In this document: positions 14,901 to 29,166 of the stretch, one piece after another
Position numbering within the stretch: position 1 is the first letter of the stretch
How the letters are laid out: each line of letters opens with the position of its first letter
Source: Ylistrum balloti
Taxonomy: Eukaryota
Length of the DNA stretch: 64,000 nt
Direction: 5' to 3'
Assembly: GCF_031769215.1 (NCBI RefSeq)
Contig: NW_026782363.1
Location: 1,116,001-1,180,000, forward strand
The notes under the pieces: generated by a model
What the model was told of the DNA's origin: nothing
Database searches by the model: none
What the model saw: only the letters and a program-made list of their open reading frames with translations
Translations under genes and position numbers: made by a program

Positions 14901-15655
14901 TCTGATATCTTACTGTCAATACTTTATCTTTTATTGTTCCACCTATATATCTAACAGTCAATCCTATACATCTTACTGTCCCTCCTATATATCTTACCGC
15001 CCCCTCCTATATATCTGATATCTTACTGTCAATCCTTTATCTTTTATTGTTCCACCTATATATCTTACCGCCCCCTCCTATATATCTGATATCTTACTGT
15101 CAATCCTTTATCTTTTATTGTCCCACCTATATATCTAACAGTCAATCCTATACATCTTACTGTCCCTCCTATATATCTTACCGCCCCCTCCTATATATCT
15201 GATATCTTACTGTCAATACTTTATCTTTTATTGTTCCACCTATATATCTTACCGCCCCCTCCTATATATCTGATATCTTACTGTCAATCCTTTATCTTTT
15301 ATTGTTCCACCTATATATCTTACCGCCCCCTCCTATATATCTGATATCTTACTGTCAATCCTTTATCTTTTATTGTCCCACCTATATATCTAACAGTCAA
15401 TCCTATACATCTTACTGTCCCTCCTATATATCTTACCGCCCCCTCCTATATATCTGATATCTTACTGTCAATACTTTATCTTTTATTGTCCCACCTATAT
15501 ATCTAACAGTCAATCCTATACATCTTACTGTCCCTCCAATATATCTCACTGTCCCTCCTATACATCTTACTGTCCCTCAAATATATCTTACTGTCCCTCC
15601 TATACATCTAACTGTCCCTCCTATACATCTCACTGTCCCTCCTATACATCTTACT
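11903..15655. repeat. Complex pyrimidine-rich minisatellite built from ~21-bp modules (cctcctatatatcttaccgcc and variants)
   Basis: About 3.7 kb of modular repeats; module combinations change along the array and longer composite units with atcctttatcttttattg appear from ~14.07 kb. Confidence 0.95.
12074..12119 (+). other. Probable Illumina TruSeq adapter remnant (assembly artefact)
   Basis: 12086-12119 matches GTGACTGGAGTTCAGACGTGTGCTCTTCCGATCT at 30/34 positions, preceded by 8 nt (CCGACACC) and AGAT, the layout of P7 end + i7 index + Read 2 primer. Confidence 0.8.
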
Positions 15656-18600
15656 GATGTTGTCATCTGACATCCTTATATTTACAAAAAAACTGAATTC
15701 AGTTTCTCAACATTTACATGAAGCCTTTTTATATGATACGAATATTTCATGTCTTGATAGTCGGTGAGACACATGCAAACAATAGGAGGAAGGAACTGCC
15801 CTTAAATATCACTATATTGTCATAAATAAACCTGAAATAAGTCGGAAATAAGATTTCAGGTGACATAATTATATATATGATGTGAATAATGCGATACCAT
15901 CTTGACTGGTGTAAGCTGATTATCTCTGTACATTCTTATCAGACTATAAACAGTTTTAACTTCTAAGTAATAATCGTTTGCTGGAGCGGGTTAAGAATCT
16001 TAGCCAGACATTTTATATCAGTTTCAGTCTGTATATGAGGCGCAATTACATTATGCAATTATGAAATTACCTCTTATTGATTTTATTGCAAATTATCCGA
16101 ATATTATTACAAAAAGTTTTTTATAGATGATTTTTGTTTGATCAAAGTAGCACTTGTCTAAAAATGATATCACTGAATATTGTTTACCTGCAGAGAGAGA
16201 GGAGGGGGGAGAGGGAGAGAGAGACAGACAGATAGATATGCGGTCAGTCGGTTATTGATGCTTTCAAATGATTGCCTTCAGTGAGTATACGCATCATATT
16301 TTTGCGTATTACACATGTGTAATATAGCTTATTGTGATGTCACTTTAGACAACCAAATGACTTCACACATTGAAACAATGGCATTGTGACCCAATAATGA
16401 AGACTAAGTTTGACGTAGAAATGAAGAATTGATGTAAAATTGAACAAGGGATAAAACTGGGTCTTAAACCCGTTTCCATTTCATATGTATTATGAAATTG
16501 GCCACGAATTTTTCATTTTATCTCGCCAGAGGCGAAATTTCTTTACTTCACATACCAAATGGAAACTCATGCAATATGCTAACTTTACACGTTTATTGTT
16601 TAGTTTACAATATTAACCCTACACACATACAATATACAACATAATATAGTACTTTACTAAACAGAAGTGTCATCTACATATATAGAGAATACATTGTCTG
16701 AAAATATAAGCTGTATTTGTCGAGTGTGAGGAAACCCACAAGTGACGAGCCTTTGGCAAGTTTCTTTCTGTCCTGAGAATGTAGACATTGACTATGTATC
16801 CTAGTTATCCTGCAACTCTTATTGAAAATTCATTCTATCGAATTTTTAATGGTTCGTTAGAGCTATTCAAAATACGTTTACATGACGTTACGCTGAATCG
16901 TGCCTGATGACGCACATCAAAATAATTGCTCCGCGCGGAAATAAAGTTCCACATTTCACTGGATATAAAAAGCAACTTTCCGAATTTTAGTAAATAAACT
17001 AAACTAATAAACAATATAGCTTATTTAGACAGTTATTCCTAATTTTGAATGAATTGTTTCAGTAAATCAGAAAGTAATTCTACTGCATTAATGCACGTGC
17101 TAAAATACAGTTGTTTCCCGTCACTGTCGAATACAGAAAAACTACATGTGGCAGATGTATTCTGACAATGGCAGCGCAGTTGCAGGATGGAAAAAAAATA
17201 AAACGCCGGACGACAATAAGTTAAACATCTCGTGGAACAAAACTTTCATCATCAGTTTATCCAAATGTGGTTGGCAGATTTTGAAAACTGTAGAAGCATA
17301 CAAAATTATCTATTATCTATATCACACTCTGGTTTCAAAAATTACTCAGTTCAATTAAACAAAGGGGATCATGTATTGTGTAAATGTCGTGTTTTAAACT
17401 TTTTACTGCCTTTTGAAATTTGCCTCTGGATAAGAATATCTAACGTACTATGAAAATGTAGATTTTCCCAAAATATTGTGATAATATTCCAATTGTCGAT
17501 AAAATGATAGGAACGTTTAGAATAATCAGCATGCGAGAATAAAAAAGTTAGCATAGTTTCTGGAGAATTACAATCAATTGTAAACATAGACATGCCATAA
17601 AATACTTAACATATTCACATTATAAGGTAGGGTAATTTCCACTTACATACACTGTAATTAACTGTTTCTCTTGTGATTTTCAATGGTTGTGTGATTGTTT
17701 GATTTTTTTTCACACTCTTTCGGAGGGAAATTAAAACATGGAAATCTTGGAAATTTATCATTTCACTTAATATTTCCATTTCACGTAATAAGACAACACA
17801 AACTCTCTTCTCGTGCAAATACATTGATAGAAATAAGTATATATTGTAACTTTTGGTCTGGTTTTAATGTTTGTTATTGTTACGGTTTCTTAAGTATAAT
17901 AATTCAAATATATATGAAATATGAAGAAATTATGAATTTGTGGGGTAAATTACTGTCTCTAAAGTTGTTATAAGTCTCTTCTTTTTAAAGACGAGTTTAA
18001 CAAGACTATCTGAGAGAATGGAATTTGTTTTTTCCATATGGCAGACTCGGCTCTCACTTCTAGGATTTTCTACTTAAAACGAGCACGCGGTATTGAAAGT
18101 CTTCATGCAACAGCTGAATTTTCATGTTATATATAGAATATATTACTTGGATGGAATAATACAATAACCGATAACTTTTCCAGCCTGTTCAGTAATAAGT
18201 ACATTCTATTTTTAATTGCAATTAAACGGTGCTGATACTAAATATGGTAATATTAATAAATGCAGCACGTGCTGGGGTTTATCAAGTGCAGAAATCAATT
18301 ATTTACCAATAAACAAAGCTAAATATTAACAAACAATTATTCAGGTAGGTTTGCTCACCTTACAATATGAACGGTACCATATGCTTGACACGTGATTCAA
18401 CTGATACCATTTTCTATATAAGCAGAAAGGATTGATTTGTAAAACAAACAAAACAAAATAACAATGTGATATAGCATTACACACGGAAGTATTGAACAAG
18501 TTCGCTTGCTATGGTTCAAATCAGTTTATGTTTTCATATTCAGATACAACTTACACGTGAAAGCATGGAATTATTTGTTTAATTGAAGGAATTAGTCTAT

Positions 18601-19322
18601 GTTGCCTTGATGCGTAAAACATAATTCCATTAGTTATTAAACTCAACATTTTGTAATATTTTACCCAAGCAACCGTCAGTAAGGTTGACGTGTTTAATGC
18701 TTGCCGTGTATGTTAAATTTACATATATTACAAATTGCAATTTTTTTTATATATAATTGATTATGAACCTTTCCATGAGTTGTTGAACAATATAAAAAAA
18801 CTTGAATCATGTAATCTTCAAATCTAATCTGAAATAACTTATCACTCCGAAAGATATCTTTACACTTGAATAAATTCTCCTTTGTGCAAAATACCGGACA
18901 AAATTATTCACACGTGGGTGAAATTCAATTCCTACTGTAAATTTCATAATACATGTATATAGTCTACATCCTCCTAATTTATAGGTGATTAGAAATGTAT
19001 AAAGTAAATACTCTTTAAATATCTATTGATTCAAACAACATAATTTCTTATTCAACTAAAAAGTACTCTGGGTGTGAATAACTATCTTAAATTATTCTAA
19101 CTTTTTATAAATTGGACTGTTGAATAAAAGACGTTAAGAAGATATTATGGTCCTAAATGTTAACGATGGTCTTTTACTGAAAAGTAGTAGTGTAAATCAT
19201 TTATATAACATTGCTAGTCTGGTACTTAATTTATAACGTACTGTAGCTACATATTGTAATTTAGCCAATTTTTTCGTTTATTGTTAGTTTCTGTTTTTGT
19301 TTGTTTTTTATTTCTTATTTTT

Positions 19323-19326
<4 letters not shown>

Positions 19327-19381
<55 letters not shown>
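19327..19381. repeat. (TTA)n microsatellite
   Basis: About 18 perfect TTA units. Confidence 0.95.
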
Positions 19382-19638
19382 CGTGGCTGAAATAATTTAA
19401 ACCTTTTCTTGAAATATAGGTAGTTATGTAGAGTGCAAACTGAATCATTTTTTAAGATACTATAACGGGTTTTAAGTATAATACATATAATTATTTATTT
19501 ATTTATTTACATGAAATACTCAATTTTGCAGGATAATGCACTCCGTTGTATATTATGTTCAGCTAGCTACGTCACATATTTTTCAGTTGACTTAAATACA
19601 CAATATTCAAGATTTTTTTATCAAACGATTAGAGATCC

Positions 19639-19910
19639 CTGGGCCCGTATTCATGAAACCGTTCTCATGCTCAAGCATGAACTTTGTGCTGAAGCCTTAT
19701 GTCTTGTTTATGTTAAAAATTAATGAATAAGACTGATTTTGCCGAAGATTTAAAAAACAATTTTGAAAGGTCTTCAAGTCAAAATTATATTCAAGATTTA
19801 AATTTGACATTTGTATTATTTTATATCATTTAGGTAAATTATAAAAAATGTTTGCTTGAACACAAAATCTATGTTTGAGCATGAGAATGGTTTCATGAAT
19901 ACGGGCCCAG
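19639..19910. mobile_element. MITE-like non-autonomous DNA element, 272 bp, 40-bp terminal inverted repeats
   Basis: Left CTGGGCCCGTATTCATGAAACCGTTCTCATGCTCAAGCAT matches the reverse complement of the right end with 2 mismatches; AT-rich non-coding interior; no clean TSD resolved. Confidence 0.75.
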
Positions 19911-21687
19911 ATCGGCTATATCAAATACATACAAAAGATCATTTAATGGTTTCAAAAACATGTATACATTAATTGAATAGTAATCGGTTATTACTTTAAA
20001 AAAGACGCTGGATAATTAATCTTATTTGTATAATAAATTAATAAAAACTTACCTAACTCTCTCACCGCCAAAACAACTCTTGTCATATAAAGATTTATCT
20101 AAATCGTACAACTTGAAACCTATTAACTTGACGATCTTGTTCTCTACAGAAATAGAATTGTTGTACTTCAAATGTATAGTGGTTACTTTGTCGACATGGT
20201 GACCGTTACTTTCTGGTTTACAGTACTACGTTCAGTCTGAAGTAAAGATCAGACATTTCTACATCCGTGGGACCCAGATTGTTTCAGGGGCGATAAACTC
20301 GGCAGTAAACCTATATCAAGAGATGGCCTAGACGCCTTACATGTACTTACCCTTTGGCTTTAAGTTGTCCCAAGACTTCACCAATAGGAGCTGTTGACTA
20401 TACCAATCCCATCCCTCCGTACGGAAGGAAGCAACTTACCCTTAACATAATTTGATAAAAAAATAAAACCTGAATTGTTTAAAAAGATGCATACATCAGC
20501 TAGTTTAAGCGACTATATCCGGAATGACATTTAATACGCCACATGGACGCTGACTCCGGACAGGAAGTCGTTTGTCTGTAAGTTGTTCAAATTGTGGGCG
20601 ACCAGCGCGCGAAATCTGCCGCCCCCGGAAAACCCAACATGTATAACTAAAAGTGGTACGATGTCGATGAGGATGTAGTAATAAATATCAGACTGACAGC
20701 TGAAGCTTTATACTTATCTCAAAAGCCGTTAGATATGTATATTAGTAATGTACTTAATAACACGTAAGGTTCTGGCTGGCACATCTAGAAATAAAACAAT
20801 GTAATTCGCTATAGAGGATTTCGTCAATGGCCATGGTACTGAATACTTGTGACTGAAATTTGTACATAATGAGCAATTTTAAATAAGATTTTTGCGGATA
20901 TTCACACAAGTATGAAACTCATTTTGCTCAGCTTTGCATTCGATGACAATTGCACCACACACCTTATCTCATCACACGGAGTAATTTTCTTCTGATGCAC
21001 CACATCTCCCTGATTACGCCACAGCACATTACTTCCTGTCGTGTACGCCACTTCCGCTGTACTCGAGTGTGTTATTTCTCCATGTACACTGTACTTGCCT
21101 TCTACACAGCTTTTTGCGATATTCACGACTTCCAAGCGTATTTTTTTATTTTCGCTGTGTACTCCAGCTACACTTTTTCAATCTGTACACCGTTCTTTAT
21201 CGTGTACGCAACGTTTCTCATTTTTAAAACTCTGAATGAACAACATAGCATCTGCATACCCCAAGTTCATAATTTATGCACCAAATTGTCTGAATTTAGT
21301 GTACTGTTCGACTTCATATCCAATGTCCATGGAATTTTGATGACGTCATGAGGACATCATTAGCGTTAGCACACCAAGTAAAATATGTGGCTACCCAAAA
21401 GTAATTAGACAAACAGAAAATAGAAATACAATTCAGATATCAACATTTCATAACCACGGATTTCCATAAAACATTGAAAAAGATAAGAAAAACAAATTTT
21501 ATACGCATCGCTAGACATGTACATATCGTTAGCACAGCCACCTGATACCGGAAGCAGCGGCTGGCGCCACGCGGGCTTCATTGACGACGCCATCACAACA
21601 AAATAGTTACAAGACCAAATAATTATAAATTGATGCTTTCATTTACCATTTGAAAGAACATTTACAAATGTAAACTGTAACATTCAT

Positions 21688-23756
21688 TGTACGTCCTCAC
21701 TGTAACATGCCCATAGACAATGTACGTCCTACTGTAACGTGCCCATGGACTATGTACGTCCCCACTATAACGTGCCCATAGACAATGAACGTTCTCACTG
21801 TAACGTGCCTATAGACAATGAACTTCCCCACTGTAACGTGCCTATAGACAGTGTACGTCCCCACTATAACGTGCCCATAGACAATGTACGTCCCCACTGT
21901 AACGTGCCTATAGATAGTGTACGTCCCCACTGTAACGTGCCCATAGACAATGTACGTCCCCACTGTAACGTGCCTATAGACAATGTACGTCTCCACTGTA
22001 ACGTGCCTATAGACAGTGTATGTCCCCACTGTAACGTGCCCATAGACAATGAACGTCCTCACTGTAACGTGCCTTAGACAATGTACGTCCCCACTATCAC
22101 GTGTCATAGACAGTGTACGTCCTCACTGTAACGTGTCATAGACAATGTACGTCCTCACTGTAACATGCCATAGACAATGTACGTCCTCACTGTAACATGC
22201 CTTAGACAATGTACGTCCCCACTACCACGTTTCAGACACAATGTACGTCCCCACTGTAACGTGTCAGAGACAATGTACGTCCTCACTGTCACGTGTCAGA
22301 GACAATGTACGTCCGCACTGTGACGTGTCAGACACAATGTACATCCCCACTGTCACGTGTCAGACACAATGTACGTCCGCACTGTCACGTGTCAGAGACA
22401 ATGTACGTCCCCAACTATCAGAGACCATGAACGTGTCATAGACAATGTATATACGTCCACACTACTGTCACGTGTCACTGACACAATGTACATCCCCACT
22501 GTCACGTGTGTCCCCACTATCACGTGTCATAGACAATGTACGTCCCCACTGTCACTGTCACGTGTCCCCGCTATCGTGTCATAGACAATATACGTCCACA
22601 CTATCACGTGTCAGACAACTGTCACGTGTCAGACACAATGTACGTCCGCACTGTCACGTGTCAGAGACAATGTACGTCCGCACTGTGACGTGTCAGACAC
22701 AATGTACGTCCCCACTGTCACGTGTCATAGACAATGTACGTCCCCACTGTGACGTGTCAGACACAATGACGTCAACACTGTCACGTGTCAGAGACATTGT
22801 ATGTTCCCGCTGATACGTGTCAGAGACAATGTACGTCTCAACTGTCACGTGTCAGAGACCATGAACGTACCCACTGTAACGAGTCAGATACAATGTACGT
22901 CCCCACTGTCACATGTCATAGACAATGTACGTCCCCACTGTCACGTGTCAGAGACCATGAACGTCCCCACTGTCACGTGTCAGAGACAATGTACGTCCGC
23001 ACTGTGACGTGTCAGACACAATGTACGTCCCCACTGTCACGTGTCATAGACAATGTACGTCCCCACTATCACGTGTCATAGACAATGTACGTCCCCACTG
23101 TCACGTGTCATAGACAATGTACGTCCCCGCTATCGTGTCATAGACAATATACGTCCACACTATCACGTGTCAGACACAATGTACATCCCCACTGTCACGT
23201 GTCAGACACAATGTACGTCCGCACTGTCACGTGTCAGAGACAATGTACGTCCCCACTGTGACGTGTCAGACACAATGTACGTCCCCACTGTCACGTGTCA
23301 GAGACAATGTACGTCCCCACTGTGACGTGTCAGACACAATGACGTCAACACTGTCACGTGCCAGAGACATTGTATGTTCCTGCTGATACGTGTCAGAGAC
23401 AATGTACGTCTCAACTGTCACGTGTCAGAGACCATGAACGTACCCACTGTAACGAGTCAGATACAATGTACGTCCCCACTGTCACATGTCATAGACAATG
23501 TACGTCCCCACTGTCACGTGTCAGAGACCATGAACGTCCCCACTGTCACGTGTCAGAGACAATGTGCGTCCCTACTGTAACGTGTCAGAGACAATGTATG
23601 TCCGCACTGTCACGTGTCAGAGACAATGTATGTTCCCGCTGGTACGTGTCAGAGACTATGTACGTCCGCACTGTCACGTGTCATAGACAATGTACGTCCC
23701 CACTGTACCGGTCTGAAACAATGTGCGTCCACAATTTAACGTGTCAGAGACAATGA
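21688..23756. repeat. 33/32-bp minisatellite rich in CACGTG
   Basis: 33-bp unit tgtacgtccccactgtaacgtgcctatagacaa grades into 32-bp tgtacgtccccactgtcacgtgtcagagacaa; internal duplication with a 573-bp offset. Confidence 0.95.
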
Positions 23757-24470
23757 ACACTTTTTATTAGGATCAAATAGAATTAAACAAATCAACGATC
23801 TATTGATCATATCTTAAATACTATTGAAATTTGTAATATTGATATAAAATCTTATCTGGTCATCTTATTACCTTTGGTGACGTCACAGTGCAAATCACAC
23901 TATGATGTTATTACTTCAGAAAGAAACAACTACAACTTTCAGCCAATCACAGGTCCACTAGGTGTTATAACAACCATGATGAGATTTTACAACGTGTGTC
24001 ATCAAACTGGTAACATGGTAGTAATGCGAGGAGTATTGGTCTTGTTTTTGTACTACCGTTAATATATATTCTCTTTAAGTTTTTCAAAGCTACATGGAAC
24101 CTCAAACTATGCAGGATTTCAAACAGCATGTCTTTCAAATAGTATCACTTTAGTCGAGTAATTGTTGCTTTCAATACTAAAATATATGTACACCTTGTAT
24201 TCCTCATGTTAACACAGCTGTTGAACACGAAGTTGAAATTTTGGTAAATTATCCGTGTTGCTGTTGTACAGTACATGTATTGTTTTGTGGTGAAAGGCGG
24301 TCGATTTATGTATGGTGCTGATCACACCTATTAAACTTAACCGTTCACATCTCTCTTCTAATTGTTATCAAGGAATGGCGTTAAGGTATGATGCAGACCA
24401 GGTAGACTCGCTACCGGGTCAAAAACCTGTGGATTATCGATCGATACACACAAATGTGTACATGTTGAGT

Positions 24471-24512
<42 letters not shown>
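24471..24512. repeat. Compound (AC)n(AT)n microsatellite
   Basis: Directly visible. Confidence 0.9.
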
Positions 24513-24513
<1 letters not shown>

Positions 24514-25180
24514 AACTACAACTGTTTGTAAGTATCTCGTAGGCTGTATGTCTACATAGGTGTAGTTAAACAGTATACACGTGTGAAGTGTTCAGCCGAA
24601 GGTGATCCGAATGGAACGTCCTTCGGAAGTGAATGATTACGCAATTTTTATTTTTCGCAATAGCTTGTTTAAGCATGTTCGGAACATGTCCAAAATAAGT
24701 TATCTTCGAAAATAAGTACATGTCTCGCCACAGACTAAAGGGAGACAATCGTGTTTTATTAATACAACACAACCTCATTATTAAACTGAAATAACATTTT
24801 ATTTATGATGATGACAATGATAAATTTATGTAATGTATCCATATGAATGTTGTTGTACACGTTAACTCTGACCTGGTGCAGTCGTTCAGTTGAAAAATAT
24901 AGAAATATTTTACCATCAATCTATATCATTATCAATCTTTCTGCCATTGCTGATGCATTCCAGCCATGTTTGATTTCATGTTTAAGGAATAATTTCCTTG
25001 TTTCTTCGCCACAAGTTGATATCATAGACAAATATAGCAATTGATCTCCACTCACAATGTCCAAGCATACTTAGTTGCCATGTTTCCTGTTTCAGGGGAA
25101 AACCGCGCAACCTTGTCACCCTGACATGCTGTTTGCGGGTGCGGTTCATCACTTTCCTGTCCGTTATTGATTGGCTAATG

Positions 25181-26495
25181 TCACTTTGGAGGGAAATTTT
25201 CTAAATGTATTGCATCCTGGGAGACACAGTCTATGTATTGACGATACATGTGAACTTGTCTCTCTAAGTCCTCAACCTTGGCACGCAGTTCGTTGTTTCT
25301 AGAATTCAGAAACTCGAGCTCCTAGAAAAGATATGTTTCAATAATAGGGCATCAGTCTATCTAAAACACATTAATGATTTACAAATTCTGCTTGATGTCG
25401 AGATTATTTTGCCTCATCAATTAATATGAAATTTGCAATATTTTCCCTGTATTTCACTCAAAATGTGGTACATGTATGTGTTCAAATTTTCAAAATGTCA
25501 TTTTCAGCATTTTAAAAAATCCTGATTTGAACTGGTTCATGTAAGCACAACTCTCATACTTCTTAGAAAAAAAATAAAATAAATTACCATGATGATGAAT
25601 AACAAGAACATGGAGATGGTATAAGGATCTGAACAAGTCTGACTCCATCAACCGCACTACACGTAGGCTAAAATGTTACACAATTTATTCCAACTGTGTA
25701 TTTTGGTATTTTAAGTAAATCTCACCTTTTCTACTTTTTCTTTCTTTGATTTCTTTTTTGTTCTAAATCGTTGTGCAGCATTTCTGTTCTGTTCTCGTCT
25801 TTTCTTCATTTTAATTCTATCTTCAGGCTCGAGCTTAAAAACAAAAAATAGGTGTTGTCTTTTTCGAAAAAAAATTATATAAATAAATGTGCTTTCCTGA
25901 TATATAACAGCATGCCTACGTTACAAAAAAAAAAGATTCATTTATGTTAAATTTAACTTTATCTGACAAATTGTTAAATTGAATATTACAGAAATAGCTA
26001 CACATCACTCGGCAATATTCAAAATCTAACTAAATTATTTACACATCATTATGAACTGTATTTTTATGAGAATAACTTATATCTATCTACATATGTACAT
26101 TTGTGTCGTTGACAATACACATACTGAGGTAGTCATACAGTGTCAAGTTGTCGGTTCAAATACACACAAACACCAATTCTGATAGTATCATACTCATAAT
26201 AAATAAAATCTGAGTTTAAATATTTAAATTTTAAAATAAATTTCGCACGCGGACATACCTGTGGGGTTAGTGGAGGGTGGAACTTTACGCTGAGCTCCTC
26301 TTTTCCGACCGCTAGCCTCCGTGATTGAATAAGATATTTTAATTCCTCCTTGATGAGGGGGAGAGGATCACCCTCCTTCATAGAGGACAAAAACACCCGG
26401 TTAAGTTTCTCTGTCTCAACCTCCTCCATAACAGCAGGCGACATCGTTTTGGAATTCTCCGAGTCCATGTTGGTTCCGTGCAAAGTTTCAGCCAT
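25181..26495 (-). CDS. Gene B: divergent ATF3-like bZIP transcription factor, 3 coding exons, ~161 aa
   Basis: Exons 26495-26259 (MAETLHG...PLPLIKEELKYLIQSRRL...PLTPQ, acceptor at 26505-26504, donor GTATGT), 25833-25726 (108 nt, LEPEDRIKMKKRREQNRNAAQRFRTKKKSKKEKVEK, donor GTGAGA) and 25321-25181 (ELEFLNSRNNELRAKVEDLERQVHMYRQYIDC...TGA). All phase 0. Confidence 0.88.
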
Positions 26496-27149
26496 GCTGT
26501 TTCCTGCAAGCCAAATAAAAATACCAACCGTTTGTGTATACATACGGTCTCGTGACCACGGCGTGAATATGTATATCATTGATTCCAAATATATTACCCA
26601 ACCAGAAATCACGTTATATGAAGAAAGGCGGGGTTAATTGTCTGTTCAGCTCAATACTAATTTGTAACACGCAGTTTCAATGCCGTCAGATAAAGCTCAA
26701 ATTTATGCCTAATTTGAATATTTCTTGAGGGACTGGAGGGATATAATTTACACATCAAGTCAGTATTCTGTCGTTTAAATCTATCTGTATAAATACATTT
26801 AGTATATTTATAAAATTTAATTTATTTCAACTGAAAAATGTTAAACGGATTAACCTGTTAAAATTCCAATTGTCTTCTGTTTTATTATTTATCTCTACAA
26901 TCCAGGTCACCTTTACCTGTATTTACATGGGAAGGGAAGCAACTCGTGTTGATGGTTATAACGAGCCTAGTCTTGTCAGTCCAACTATAGAACTTACGAG
27001 GACTTTCGACACAAGTTCGAGTTTTGCTTATATAAACATTTTTTGTCAAGTAATCAAAATAGTGGGAAAGGAATGGGGTAGAGTAAGAGATAACGAGGAA
27101 ATACAAAGATGACAGTGGAGAAATACTAATACGAAAGGGAGGAGGAGGT

Positions 27150-28580
27150 GGAAGAGGAGAAAATATGGAGAGGAGGAGGGGGAATTACAGAGTGGAGGAG
27201 TAGAATGGGCAATTACGGAGAGGAAGAGAGTGTCGAAATACGGAGAGGAAGAGAGAGTCGAAATACGGAGAGGAAGAGAGTGTCGAAATACGGAGAGTAG
27301 GGGGATTACTGTGGGAAAATATGGAGAGGAGGAGGAGAAGAGTGGAGAAATATGAAGAGGAGGGGGATTACTGTGGGGAAATATGGAGAGGAGGAGGAGA
27401 AGAGTGGAGAAATATGAAGAGGAGGGGGATTACTGTGGGGAAATATGGAAAGGAGGAGGAGAAGAGTGGAGAAATATGAAGAGGAGGGGGATTACTGTGG
27501 GGAAATATGGAGAGGAGGAGGAGAAGAGTGGAGAAATATGAAGAGGAGGGGGATTACTGTGGGGAAATATGGAGAGGAGGAGGAGAAGAGTGGAGAAATA
27601 TGGAGAGGAGGGGGAGTATTGTGGGGAAATATGGAGAGGAGGAGGAGAAGAGTGGAGAAATATGAAGAGGAGGGGGATTACTGTGGGGAAATATGGAGAG
27701 GAGGAGGAGAAGAGTGGAGAAATATGGAGAGGAGGGGGATTACTGTGGGGAAATATGGAGAGGAGGAGGAGAAGAGTGGAGAAATATGAAGAGGAGGGGG
27801 ATTACTGTGGGGAAATATGGAGAGGAGGAGGAGAAGAGTGGAGAAATATAGAGAGGAGGGGGAGTATTGTGGGGAAATATGGAAAGGAGGAGGAGAAGAA
27901 TGGAGAAATACGGAGAGTAGGGGGATTACTGTGGGAAATTTTGGAGAGGAGAACGAGAAGAGTGGAGAAATATGAAGAGGAGGGGGAGTATTGTGGGGAA
28001 ATATGGAGAGGAGGAGGAGTACTGTGGTGAAATATGAAGAGGAGTAGGGCAGTGGGGTACATATGGAGAGGAGGAGGGCAGTGGGGTACATATGGAGAGG
28101 AGGAGGGCAGTGGGGGTAAATATGGAGAGGAAGAGGAGGGCAGTGGAGAAATATGGAGAGGAGGAGGGCAGTGGGGTACATATGGAGAGGAGGAGGGCAG
28201 TGGGGGTAAATATGGAGAGGAAGAGGAGGGCAGTGGAGAAATATGGAAAGTAGGAGGAGTACTGTGGTGAAATATGGAAAGGAGTAGGGCAGTGGGGTAC
28301 ATATGGAGAGGAGGAGGAGAAGAATGGAGAAATATGAAGAGGAGGGGGAGTATTGTGGGGTACATATGGAGAGGAGGAGGGCAGTGGAGAAATATGGAGA
28401 GGAGGAGGGCAGTGGGGTAAATATGGAGAGGAAGAGGAGGGCAGTGGAGAAATATGAAGAGGAGGAGGGCAGTGGGGTAAATATGGAGAGGAAGAGGAGG
28501 GCAGTGGAGAAATATGGAGAGGAGGATGGCAGTGGGGAAATATGGAGACGAGGAGTAGAGAAATATGGAGAGGAGGAGGA
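27150..28580. repeat. Purine-rich (GA) minisatellite, 62-bp unit (dimer of ~31 bp) changing to ~30-bp variants
   Basis: Unit ggagaaatatgaagaggagggggattactgtggggaaatatggagaggaggaggagaagagt; 62-bp spacing checked at 27305/27367. Confidence 0.95.
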
Positions 28581-29012
28581 AGGTTATCCTTGTTAAATTA
28601 TTTATTCAATAAACGGGAAGGCTATCCAATATGACAGAATAAATACTACGACAGCAAAACTTAAAATTAATGGAGAAACATACCAAGGACAAAATGTTTA
28701 CACATTGTTTTGATAGTGAATATTGTAATTTATGTCATGTTAATCCATGAAAGGGCCAACAATATGAGTCATGGGTCTTACTTGTGTAGTTACTAAGTAA
28801 CATACCTATAGAGAATTACATTCTCTGACTCCAGTGGGAATTTCCTGTCCTGTTTCCGCCTGCAAACCTACTTGCCTTATGCACTGCACGTGCAATCAAT
28901 TCCGTAAATCAGAACTTTTTTCTTTGCAAAAACATAGATGGTTTTTCTGAAAACATCTAAGCTATTTTTTTTAAATTAGTCTCTCTTTTTTTCAGGAAAG
29001 CGCAAAGGAGAA

Positions 29013-29166
29013 GGTGACTCTAAGGATATTTACTCAAGTCAACGAGGACACGTAGTGAAAGTAAGGACAGAAGATCAGAGAGTGGGGTGATTTTAGGTGA
29101 CTAAGGATCTTTACTCAAGTCAACGAGGACACGTAGTGAAAGTAAGGACAGAAGATCAGAGAGTGG
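29013..29166. repeat. Two-copy ~70-bp direct repeat
   Basis: ggtgact..taaggat.tttactcaagtcaacgaggacacgtagtgaaagtaaggacagaagatcagagagtgg at ~29013 and ~29096. Confidence 0.9.

Noticed and set aside
17146-17358. QMYSDNGS resembling a BEL/Gypsy integrase motif
   Set aside because: Flanking residues and spacing do not match the integrase core; too short to support a call without an HMM search.
20850-21350. Overlapping short ORFs with coding-like composition
   Set aside because: No recognisable domain or consistent splice frame; may be decayed transposon sequence.
21697-28596. Cys/His-rich ORFs at 21.7-23.8 kb and Glu/Gly-rich ORFs at 27.4-28.6 kb
   Set aside because: Translations of the 33/32-bp and 62-bp arrays; no real zinc-finger spacing and frequent frameshifts.
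28980-29020. Plus-strand 18-nt micro-exon-like pattern (ttttttcag GAAAGCGCAAAGGAGAAG gtgact)
   Set aside because: No other plus-strand exons to connect it to; likely chance.
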